Shown: positions 22,036-33,290 of the stretch, one piece after another
How positions within the stretch are numbered: position 1 is the stretch's first letter
Layout: each line of letters begins with the position of its first letter
NCBI GenBank assembly: GCA_024704765.1
Contig: JAKMXF010000302.1
Location: 62,001-126,000 of the forward strand
Direction: 5' to 3'
Source: Oopsacas minuta
Taxonomy: Eukaryota > Animalia > Porifera
DNA: 64,000 nt
The notes under the pieces: model-generated
What the model saw: the letters and a program-made list of their open reading frames with translations, nothing else
The model's database searches: none
Told to the model about the DNA's origin: nothing
Position numbers and translations under genes: made by a program

Positions 22036-22347
22036 CTAGTCTGAGTCTCCTGACTCATTCTCCTTCTCCTTGTACTCCGTAATTAGGACAGTAAAGCTGT
22101 CAACTGTCACATATCTGTGCTGTCCTGAGTTGAGGTCTAAGTTGGATATTTTAGGGGGTACTCTATACAAAAGATAGCATATAATATTTCTATATAGTGA
22201 TTATGTTATACTGATAACTCACCTCTTCCTGAATACCCTCTTTCTCTTCTTTTGCATAATAACCTCATTTTTATCTTCTCCCCCTTCAGCAACTTCCTTC
22301 TGCTTGTTTCCCTGTATATGATCATCTCCAGTCACTATTTCACTCAT
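22036..22347 (-). CDS. RYBP/YAF2-like small protein (C-terminal RING1B-binding domain only), 2 exons, 83 aa; not in the ORF track
   Basis: Exons 22347-22223 and 22162-22036 with a 60-nt GTGAGT...TATAG intron. PPKISNLDLNSGQHRYVTVDSFTVLITEYKEK aligns without gaps to the RYBP motif [32 protein letters not shown]. Confidence 0.8.
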
Positions 22348-22557
22348 TACTTCTTAATTCCAGTATTATTCAGTCGTAATTGCCTATAACTATTAGTAAC
22401 CACTTACACCACAATTGGTTTGTAGCTAATAGAGTTTATATAACTAACTGAGTTAATATTATTGTTCTATTCTTCCTCGAGTCCTTGCAAGTAATATTAC
22501 AATCTTAATTGGCTCTTTATCGAATTATTTGTAACACACTGTCTATAGCTTTGTGCT

Positions 22558-22869
22558 ATGGCTTCCAAACCAAACAGAAATAAACTCGAGGGTACAAGGA
22601 GAGATGAGTTGTTAAAATCACTCCTGGAGACAGGATGGAGTATTGTGACGTCAAGAGACGCGATTTATAAAGAATTTATTTTCAAAGATTTCAATCAAGC
22701 ATTTGGTGTCATGTCTCGTGTAGCGCTTAAAGCTGAATCACTAGATCATCACCCTGAATGGCTAAATGTTTATAACAAACTGCAGATAACTCTATCTACT
22801 CACACTTGTAGCGGGATATCTGAGATGGATATCACACTAGCTACATTTATAGATTCAGTGGCTAAATAA
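22558..22869 (+). CDS. PCBD1: Pterin-4-alpha-carbinolamine dehydratase
   Basis: [30 protein letters not shown] and LSTHTCSG motifs. Confidence 0.95.
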   Translation: MASKPNRNKLEGTRRDELLKSLLETGWSIVTSRDAIYKEFIFKDFNQAFGVMSRVALKAESLDHHPEWLNVYNKLQITLSTHTCSGISEMDITLATFIDSVAK

Positions 22870-23221
22870 TGTTTCATTTTCTATCACCCGATTATCTTAG
22901 ATTAATTAGCTATAATTTGCTTACCTCACGTAATATACTAATCAAATTAATATATGCTTGTGACCTGTAACGGATCATATACAAACATGCAATAATTAGA
23001 AAATTGCTGAACGATATGAAAGAGTATATCATGTTGAAATTCAATATCATTGCTTCGTTTACATCATTGGGGCCGCCTCCTCTAGCAACTATACTCTTCA
23101 ATAATTTACTTAGGTCAAACATGCATCCTGTATATTAGATCATGTATAACACATAACATACTCATAGTATTAGCTACACACTTTCTCACTGATCAAATAA
23201 GATAACTCGTGACGGCTAAGC

Positions 23222-26200
23222 ATGCCTATGATAACGAAAGGCGACCACGTCTGGCACAAGACGGCCCCCGAATCTGATGAGTTCGGAGTAGCAATCGGTG
23301 CCAAAGTGGAGACAATAGAGAATAAGCAGTACAAACTATATACAGATGATGACGAAGTGAAATGGATAGACGTAAAGGACAAGAATCTCAAGTTAATGCA
23401 TGCATCTAGTATTGAAACTGTAGAAGACATGATACAGCTGGGAGACTTACATGAAGCTGGTATATTACGTAATCTCTTCCAGCGATACAAAAATCACAAA
23501 ATGTATACTTATACCGGAAGTATCTTAGTGGCAGTTAATCCCTATCAGCTGTTGCCTATTTATGATCAGATGCATATAAAAATGTATCAAGTAAGTGTCT
23601 AATAGAGTTTATATTAAACAGAATATTTATTGTGATATTCTATAGGATAAGAAAATAGGAGAAGCACCCCCTCATATTTTTGCGATTGCAGATAACGCAT
23701 ACTACTTTATGCGTAGAGAATTTCGCGATCAGTGCATCATAATCAGTGGAGAGAGTGGAGCTGGCAAGACAGAATCTACCAAGTTGATTCTACAGTTCCT
23801 GGCTGCTCAGTCTGGTCAGCACTCCTGGATAGAACAGCAGATATTGGACAGGTAATATGACGTCATATTTATAGCAGAATTATAGCTAATTATACTATTC
23901 ATTAGTAATCCTGTGATGGAAGCATTTGGTAATGCTAGGACACTACGTAATGACAACAGCAGTAGATTCGGTAAATACATAGACATACACTTTACTCCAG
24001 CTGGAGTTATAGAGGGAGCTAAAATAGAGCAGTATCTATTGGAGAAGTCTCGGTTAGTCCATCAAGCTGCTGGAGAGAGGAACTATCATATATTCTATAG
24101 GCTACTCGCCGGGCTGAATAAGAGAGAGTTAGACCAGTTATATCTATCAGGTATATAGCATATTCACTAATGCTATATTAGAGTATTTATATCTGCTGAT
24201 AGGTAACCCTAAGGAGTACTACTATGTGAATCAGGGGAACTGTTATACCTGTGAGGGTATGGATGAGAAGGAAGAGTTTGCTCTAATCAAAGGGGGCATG
24301 CAGGTGTTGAATTTTGATAATGATCATGTATGGAATGTGTTCAAGATTATAGCTGCTGTACTGAATCTCGGAAATGTAAGCTTCCTAGAATCTGAGAGAG
24401 GTAATATGCCAGTCAGTACGATTAAAAACAAAGACGCGCTAAGAAACGCAGCTGCTCTTCTGGAGGTAAGTTATCAGCTGTTTAACTCTATGTACAAGTA
24501 TTAACTGTGCTTTAGGTACCAGAGCAAGGACTGATAAAGGGACTGACAGAGAAATCTACTCTAGCAAAAGGAGAAGTAATTACCACTCCTCTGTCTGGTT
24601 CCCAAGCTTGTGACTACAGAGATGCATTTGCTAAGGGAGTGTATGGACGTAACTTCGTAGCATTAGTAGATCATATAAACAAGGCTATATACCGTCCACC
24701 TGATGAAAAGAGGAGGTCTAGTACCAGACAATCCATTGGAGTATTGGATATATTCGGATTTGAAACATTCGGTAAAAACAGCTTTGAGCAAATCTGTATA
24801 AACTACGCTAATGAAAATCTCCAGCAGTTCTTTGTTCAACACATATTCAAGCTAGAACAAGCAGAGTACACACGAGAGGGGATAAACTGGGAAGATATTG
24901 TATTCACAGATAATCAGGAAATATTGAATCTCCTCTCTGAGAAACCTCTCAACATGATTGCTCTTATAGACGAAGAGAGCAGATTTCCTAGAGGTACTGA
25001 TGAGACTCTACTGACTAAATTCAGCCAGCAACATAGCAAACATCCTCACTACATACATCCTAAGAGTAGTATAGGAAAACAGTTTGGAATACGTCACTTC
25101 GCTGGTGATGTATTTTATGATGTCACAGGGTTCTTAGAGAAGAATAGAGACACGTTCAGTCCTGATCTACGTACTCTAGTGTTACAGAACTCTACCTCTA
25201 GATTCCTCACATCTCTATTCTTAAAAGATAAAGTAGGGGGCAGTACTGAGACCAGAAAGAAGACTCCTACATTAGGTCTACAGTTCAAGTACTCTTTGGA
25301 AGAACTCATGCGAGCTCTTGGCAGGTGTCACCCCTTCTTCGTGCGTTGTATCAAACCTAATGAATTTAAGAATGCTATGGATTTCGACAGATCTCTTTGT
25401 GTACGACAACTCCGTTACTCTGGAATGATGGAGACTATCCGTATCAGACAGGCAGGCTACCCGATCAGACATGACTTCAGGGAGTTTGTGAAGCGATATG
25501 CTATGCTAATCCCTGGTTTCCATATATCCGCAGATTATAAGCTCAATTCTAAGAGGTTAATGGATAAGTTAATGCCTAAAGCAGATTGGCAGGTAATTAG
25601 TTACTGTTATTTTATTATATTATTAGAGTTATAATTCCTTCATTAGATTGGTAAGAATAAATTGTTCTTGAAAGATCCAGATGATCAGAGGATCGAAGAG
25701 ATGAGAGAGAGCATGATCAGCACATACGTCATCGTGTTGCAGAAGGCAGTGAGAGGTTGGCTAAAGAGACATTACTTCAAACGGCTCAAGAGAGCAGCTA
25801 TTAACTGTCAGAAGAATGTACGTGCTAAGCAGCAGAGGAAGAGATATCTGATAATGAAACGCGGTTTTTCACGCCTTGTCGTGTTAGTAAGAGCTAAATG
25901 GATCCGACACAGATATCTCATTGGTAGGAGAAGAATGGTCCTGTTACAAGCTAGATGCAGGGGATTCTTGGTGAGGAAATTCGCGAGAGAACAGCTGAGA
26001 CTTGTTAACCACCTGCAGATGAGGGTACGTAAGCTGTTGAGCACTAAGGGGGAATCTAAACAGAGACAACATGAAATAGAACATATTATGAATCCGGAGA
26101 AGCTGAGAGAGATAGAAGCTGAGGAGCTGAAACAGCTGATGGAGTTTGGATCAGAGGAAGACGCAGCTATGGCCAAGTATGTTAATATAATAATACTATG

Positions 26201-29200
26201 TAAACCATGGATTATACGATAAAACTTTAGGCAGTATAAAGAGAGATTGCTGGAATTAGAGATGGAGTCAATAGAGGATCAGGAACGGATGTTTATGGAT
26301 GCAGAAAGAAAGAGAGAGTTACTGCTCAGCGGGGTGGATAAAGACAAAGTTAAGATAGATGATTCTGAAACAATGAAAGAGCTGTTTGGCCTCTCTGACG
26401 ATGAGTTACACCCCTATCTAGCTCAAAGTCAAGCAGGCACTGGAGATCTTCCTTACGAAGCTACTGCATTCATGCCTGATATGTTAAATGATGTAGATGA
26501 GGATCTGTCTGAATACAAGTTTGCTAAATTCGCTACAACCTACTTCCAAGTAATAATAAGTTATCTATTATTCTTATATTATTTTATTCATTATATAATT
26601 CTAGGGACAAGTTACATTCTCTCACACTAGACGACCTCTAAAGCAGTCTCTACTTAATATGAAGAATCCTCAGGACAGGCACAGAGCTATAGCTGTGTTC
26701 ATTATGATACTAAGGTTCATGGGAGATCTACCTGAACCTGCTCAACATGAAGGAGGAGATAAGAAGGGATCTGTAGTTAAGAAAATTTATGATACTTTTG
26801 GGAGGAAAATAAAACCACCAAAGTTTGTATATTTTAGATAATATAAGTTTGCAATTAGTGCTTATCTTATATTGTTATAGGATAGAGGACTATGAAGGAG
26901 AGGAGGTAACACTACCCCCTGTCCCTGCCTCTGAGAAGAAGAAGGATTCTCTCAGGAAGCGACTAGTCAGCATGACTCTAAAAAGAAAGACTAAACTACC
27001 ACCCGATCTCTTATCCACTAATGCTAATACTATGAGTGAGGAGGAAGTAGCTATATCAGTACTGACTAGAGGTACAAGTAATCTAGAGAAGTTACACTTT
27101 ATCATAGGACACGGTATATTACGTCCTGAAATGAGAGATGAAATATATTGTCAGATCTGTAAACAGCTGACTCAAAATCCTAACAAGACTTCTCATGCTA
27201 GAGGATGGATCCTCTTGTCCCTGTGTGTGGGTTGTTTCACACCTTCTGAGAAGTTCATCAAGTACCTTAAGGAGTTCATAAAGGACGGACCACCAGGCTA
27301 CGCCCCCTATTGCAGAGAGAGGCTGAATAGGACAATACTTAACGGATCCAGAAGTCAGCCTCCCTCCTGGCTAGAATTACAGGTTTGATATACTGAATAT
27401 ATCCTTTATATACTTATTCTATTGAGTTTGTTATAGGCCACTAAGAGCAAGAAGCCCCTTATGCTTCCTATCACATTCATGGACGGTACTACAAAGACTT
27501 TACTAGCAGACTCTGCTACTACTGCTAGAGAGCTGTGTACACAGCTGGGAGAGAAGATCGGATTGAAGGACCAATTTGGGTTCTCTTTATATATCGCGCT
27601 ATTTGATAAGGTATCATCACTGGGGTCTGGAGGGGATCACGTGATGGACGCTATCTCACAGTGTGAGCAGTACGCTAAGGAACAGGGTGCACAAGAGAGG
27701 AACGCCCCATGGAGACTATTCTTCAGGAAAGAGATATTCTCTCCATGGCATCAGCCATCAGATGATCTAACAGCTACTAATCTCATATACCAACAGATAA
27801 TCAGAGGGATAAAGTTTGGAGAGTATAGATGTGAGAAGAATGAAGATTTGGCTGCTTTAGCTTCTCAGCAGTACTACATAGATCATGGAGTATCTGTAAG
27901 TATATGCTACATATCCATAGTCCATACTATATTGAATATTATATGGTATTATAGATGGGAAGTGAGAAGTTAACGCAAGCTGTTAGTTTATATATTCCTG
28001 ATACTTGTCTCACTGGACATGGTACTGTAGAGAAATGGGTATCAGCTCTGCAAGCATATCATGCTAAGGCGTATTACGCCAAAGAGGGTTCCGATAAGAA
28101 CCGCGTGAAAGAGGATGTTGTATTATTCGCAAAATTCAAATGGCCTCTCCTATTTTCGCGCTTCTTTGAAGCTTACAGATTTGCTGGTCCCGTCCTCCCT
28201 AGAAATGACGTCATAATAGCTGTGAATTGGACTGGTGTATATATTGTAGATGACCAAGAGCACGTACTGCTGGAGTGCTCCTTCCCAGAAATAACTAATG
28301 TAGCTGCTAACAAGACTCCTGGGAATCAGACACATAACAGCTTCTCTCTGGGTACTATTAAGAGTGATGAGTATACATTCACTTCTGCTAGTGCTGATGA
28401 TATATGTGAGTTAGTCAAGTACTTCTTGGATGGACTTAGGAAACGGTGAGTTGTTAAATCCTTATAAATACTATTTTATTGTTGTCGTTATTAATCAGAT
28501 CGAAGTATGTAATCGCCATGATGGATTACGATGCTCCTGGAGAAGGTTCCTCCTTCCTAAGCTTCAGGAAAGGAGACCTGATTCATTTGGGAGATAACGA
28601 GCAGGGGGAAGATGTTATGAACTCTGGCTGGTGTTTCGGACAGAGTGAGAAAACAGGCGCTAAGGGAGACTTCCCTGCAGAGTGTGTATACATACTTCCT
28701 ACTATTACTAAGCCCAGTCACGAGGTAATCACCCTGTTTGCTACACGTAGCTCAGATGAGACAGACAGAATACTTGCGACTACTAACAGTGCTCTAGACT
28801 ACGCTAAGAATGAAGCAGCTGACGACCTATCATCTCCCCCGTACACTTTAGAATCCTATGCTATAGATCACTTCCTCCCGCTCCCTAAGAGGACTCTATC
28901 TAAGGCTCTAGCTAAAGGTATTATTTCCTCACTCTATTTATACTTGTGTACTTATATGATTCATGTTAGGTCAGGGCTGGATTACCGCACGTGCGGAATG
29001 TGCGATCGCACAGGGCCCAAACTACGTGAATATTTACCTAATCGCAGACCCGGGCCGGGTTTAGGTAATCTTTTAGATGTTTTAGTTTACTTTCATTGTC
29101 CACTTTAATTATTAGCTAATTGCTCATAATGGAATTGTGTTTCTTTGTATTCTTCAATTCATAAGAACAATTCCTTATATTTAAGGTTGGATATTAATTT

Positions 29201-31602
29201 GTCAACAATGAACTCTATGAATTAAACTAAGGTGAAATTGTGAAAACATATTATAGTTGTTTATTAATAACTAATCATCATTTCCTACTATATATGAGAC
29301 TATTACAAATTATTTGTATATTTTGATACTTTCCTTAATAAGTTGTCTTTGCTATATTTTGATTCGATGTCTTCCTACAAACACAAAGTGGGGCGCAGAA
29401 ACGAGATGCTGCTGCTTCCACAGTGCGTTATATATCAAAGCTTTTTTTGTCCGTTTGTCTGTCTGTTTGTTTGATTGTCCGTTGTCAAGGAAAGGCCCGA
29501 ACGGAAGGTAACGCACAAGGCCCGCAATATGCTTAATCCGCCTGTGTTAGGTGCTCTGAAGCGTAAAGAAGGACAGCCGTGGAGCTTCCAGAGAGATCCT
29601 ATAAAGGCACCTCTCCTCAAGAAACTAGAACACTCCTCTGAAGAGGTAAAGCAGAAATCTCTAAGTGCCTTCTTAGCTATGCTAAAGTACACAGGAGATT
29701 ATCCTAGCAAGAGACTAAGACTCAGTACAGAGCTTACTGATCAGATATTCGAACCTCCCATTCAGTATGAGTCTCTACGTGATGAAATATATTGTCAGAT
29801 TATTAAACAGCTGACTCACAATAAGACTAGAGTCAGTATAGAGAAAGGATGGGAGTTACTATGGCTAGCTACTGGATGCTTCGGCTGCGGGTATTAATTA
29901 TATTATAATAATGGGTTGAAATAGTTATACTAGAATTATTATATATTCGTTAGTCATGCTCTTGGGAAAGATGTAAACCTATTCCTACAAACTCATGTGA
30001 AGCGGAACAACTTCGCAGCTGATTGTGTGAAGAGACTTCAGAAGACCATGCGTAACGGACCAAGAAAGTACCCCCCTCATATAGTAGAGCTAGACGCTAT
30101 ACAGAATAAGACTACTCAGATATTTCATAAGGTCTTCTTCCCTGACGAGAGCACACATGCTTTTGAAGTTGACTCCGGTACAAAAGCTAGAGATTTCTGT
30201 CAGATAATCTCTGATAAATTGAACTTAAAATCAGCTGAGGGGTTCAGTTTATTCGTTAAGATAACTGAGAAGGTTATCAGTGTCCCTGAGGGTGATTTCT
30301 TCTTTGACTTTGTCAGACATCTGAGTGAATGGCTTAGGAAGGCACGTCCTGGTAAAGAGACCATGGGAGCTAGTGTCAGTTACCAGGTAGACTTTTTTCT
30401 TAAATCAGCTGATTATTACGTGTTACTTATCAGCTGTTTATCTGCAGGTATTCTTTATGAAGAAGTTATGGACTAATGTGAATATCGGTAAAGACATAAA
30501 GGCAGATTCTATATTCTACTACCATCAAGAGCTACCTAAGCTATTGAGAGGATATCACAAGTGTTCTCTTGATGAGAGTATTCAGCTAGCTTCTCTTATA
30601 TACAGAGTTAAGTACGGAGATGATACCAAATGGTTCTCACAGTTCCCTAAGATATTAGACCAGTTCGTGCCTGTTGATCTCCTCCCCTCCATCACTCCCG
30701 ACGAGTGGAAGAGAGAGATAAGCTCTCTTCACCACAAAACACCTAGAAACAGAGATGACGCTAAAGTTATGTTTCTTAAAATAATATCTAAATGGCCTAC
30801 GTTTGGCTCTGCCTTCTTCGAAGTGAAACAGACTACAGAACCTAAACTCCCTGAGTATGTTCTCATAGCAATAAACAAGTATGGAGTAAACCTTATAGAT
30901 CCTAACTCAAAGGATATCTTAGCGACATATCCCTTCACTAAGATAAGCAATTGGAGTAGTGGTAATACATATTTCCATATGACTATTGGTAATCTGGTGA
31001 GAGGCTCTAAGCTGTTATGCGAGACTAAACTAGGTTACAAGATGGATGATCTACTAACCTCCTACATATCACTGATGCTGTCTAGCATTAATAAGCCTCA
31101 ATCTAAGGGCGGTGACTATTCACCTCCTGGTACGAAACGGACTATGCCATCCTCTCGATCAGGAGGCTCTACCTCTACTAGAACTACCAATATATCAGAT
31201 TCAACTCGTTCTGGAGGATCCATGCCCTCTAAACATCAGCCTGTTTATCACCCTCCTCCCATGAACATGCCTCCACCAGGGATGCCAATAGCTCCAATGC
31301 AAATGGGTATGCCTCCACAAATGGGTATGCCTCCTCAGATGGCTATGGTTCCCCCACAGATGCACATGTCCCCTACTGGCCCTTATGGGTATCCAGGAAA
31401 TTTGCCCAGACAGCAACGACCTATACCCGTTGGAATGCCTCAGATGGCTAAACACCGTCCCCAACACATGCCAATGGGGGCACACCCACAAACCAGGAGA
31501 CCCGTACAGCCGAGCAGTTCCGGATATGGTACTGGGTCCAGTAGCCAATCCCGGAGTATCCCCTCCTCCACACCTTCCAGAGGAGGACATAGTCGCATGT
31601 AA
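23222..31602 (+). CDS. MYO7A: Myosin VIIa (motor, IQ, MyTH4-FERM-SH3-MyTH4-FERM), multi-exon
   Basis: GESGAGKT P-loop, [25 protein letters not shown], two MyTH4-FERM modules with an intervening SH3, and [13 protein letters not shown]. The fragmented ORFs are joined by short GT-AG introns. Confidence 0.95.
28972..29544. mobile_element. Non-autonomous hAT-type DNA transposon (MITE), 573 bp, with 8-bp TSD TGTTAGGT
   Basis: Imperfect TIRs: left CAGGGCTGGATTA; right (reverse complement) CAGGCGGATTA, with subterminal TGCGG..TGTGCG at both ends. Exact 8-bp direct repeat TGTTAGGT at 28964-28971 and 29545-29552. No transposase ORF. Confidence 0.88.
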
Positions 31603-31820
31603 CTATTACTAGATGCTCTCCTGCTGAAAGGCCCATTCTATATACTTCACTAGTAACTTCGTATTTAGTTAGTAAAGTAGGTTTTTCCTTTTTATACAAA
31701 CGAACTTTATTTTAAATATTTATACTAATTTCTCCTCATTCTATTTATTTCACAAATACTCTTATATCTCTCATTTGACACTTGTAATTGTTATATACTC
31801 TGTTCTAAGCCTAACTAATA

Positions 31821-33167
31821 TTATGAGATATTGTCTTCATAATCTTCTATTTTCATCTTGTCTAACCCTAAGTCAGAATCCTGCTCCTCATTCCTGTCAT
31901 AGTGTATCACCAGCATCTCAGGGTCAGGATCTGGCGCGTAGAAGTTTTGTATGTAGCTGTTTCCACTAGGATCGTCCATCACTAAAGTTACCAACTTCTC
32001 TCCGTCCTTTACTTTCTGTAGGTTATCAGCTAGCTCATTAAGTTTAACGGAATCATGTGTAGAGGTGTCTGAGAATGGGTTTAAGCTGACTATCTGGTCT
32101 CTAACATTGGAGATTACGCCCTCTATCGTAGTGAACTTCCCTCCTAGTGTGGTTGCTCCCATGGTAATATCTAGTTCCTTAATGCAGATGGTAGCATCAT
32201 GTGTCTTCAGAATATCACGTGTTAAATCAGCTGGAGATGTCATGTTTAGCTCGTAGCGAATACCTTTCTCACTAATACCCTTGGATGGCTTTACTTCGTT
32301 AGATTTGTAGCCACATATATCACAATTAGTAGCCATTAGTAACACTTCTTTGAAGTATGGTACTGATACAGGTTTTATGTTAGTTTCACAATCTTTTGAA
32401 CAGCTGGGGCAAGGATTGGTGAAGCTGAAAATCTCATCAGCCCCAATCTCTGCTGGCACATCCTTCTCCTTAGTATCCTCTGCAGCCTCTATTTCATCAT
32501 CAACACTATCTTCCTTCTCCTCAGTACCTGAATTCTCAACCATCAATAGTTTATTCTGTTCAGGAGTTCTGTTGTAGGTACTCATTACTAAATTAGGATC
32601 TGGACCAGGACTGTTGTAATGCTCTATAAAGCTATTTCCAGTAGGATCATCCAATGTAAACGTGAATTCTCTCTTCAGACTAATGCAATCTTGTAATTTA
32701 GCTAAGAATGATTTGAACTTTACACTGTACTCTTTCTCTTCTTCTGTTTCAACTGGAAGTGATGCTGCATGAGCTGACAACTCTTCGCATGACTTTACAA
32801 GGAGCCCTTCCAGGGTTGTTAGTACTCCCTTTGCTCCCGTGGGTGGTGCCTCAAACTCAATCTCTGGGATTCCAAACACAGACTTCTCAGATCTGACAAG
32901 TTGTCTGTCCAGATCCTTGCTGGATTTGATCGTAACTATGTAGTTTAAACCAGTTTCCTGAATAGGGTTACCTGACATTATTTCGTTGTTAGCGAACTCA
33001 CAATACTCACAATGGAATGACATCAATATTATGTCACGAAACAAAGGGATATTTTTGAGGAGCATCTTGGTGACCCCCTGTTTGTAGCAGCTGGTACATA
33101 AGGATTCTATCTCTGTAGGTTTATCGTCTGCCCCGAGTTGAGTGTAAATCAAACTGTTGCTCTCCAT
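31821..33167 (-). CDS. ZPR1: Zinc finger protein ZPR1
   Basis: Two ZPR1 units (CTSC...CEYC and CPSC...CDIC) with DDPTGNSFI and DDPSGNSYIQN motifs. Confidence 0.95.
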   Translation of the reverse strand: MESNSLIYTQLGADDKPTEIESLCTSCYKQGVTKMLLKNIPLFRDIILMSFHCEYCEFANNEIMSGNPIQETGLNYIVTIKSSKDLDRQLVRSEKSVFGIPEIEFEAPPTGAKGVLTTLEGLLVKSCEELSAHAASLPVETEEEKEYSVKFKSFLAKLQDCISLKREFTFTLDDPTGNSFIEHYNSPGPDPNLVMSTYNRTPEQNKLLMVENSGTEEKEDSVDDEIEAAEDTKEKDVPAEIGADEIFSFTNPCPSCSKDCETNIKPVSVPYFKEVLLMATNCDICGYKSNEVKPSKGISEKGIRYELNMTSPADLTRDILKTHDATICIKELDITMGATTLGGKFTTIEGVISNVRDQIVSLNPFSDTSTHDSVKLNELADNLQKVKDGEKLVTLVMDDPSGNSYIQNFYAPDPDPEMLVIHYDRNEEQDSDLGLDKMKIEDYEDNIS

Positions 33168-33290
33168 CTTGTGTACTACTAGTAGTAGAAATATAGGTCA
33201 TATAACGAAGATATTTATAAGGTACATGAATGTACTAAATTTAGTTCCAAAACTTAACGCATATTATATTACTTCATTAATAATTATAAG

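Noticed and set aside
22910-23122. 70-aa minus-strand ORF between PCBD1 and myosin VII
   Set aside because: Short, no motif, and AT-rich composition typical of UTR or promoter sequence.
28918-29550. C-terminus of ORF 28479-29108 and N-terminus of ORF 29475-29897 as novel myosin segments
   Set aside because: They are read-through into the intron and hAT MITE; the splice-joined myosin frame is continuous without them.
31862-31871. Telomere or telomerase-template-like CTAACCCTAA
   Set aside because: Single copy inside the ZPR1 CDS (antisense of the DLGLD codons).
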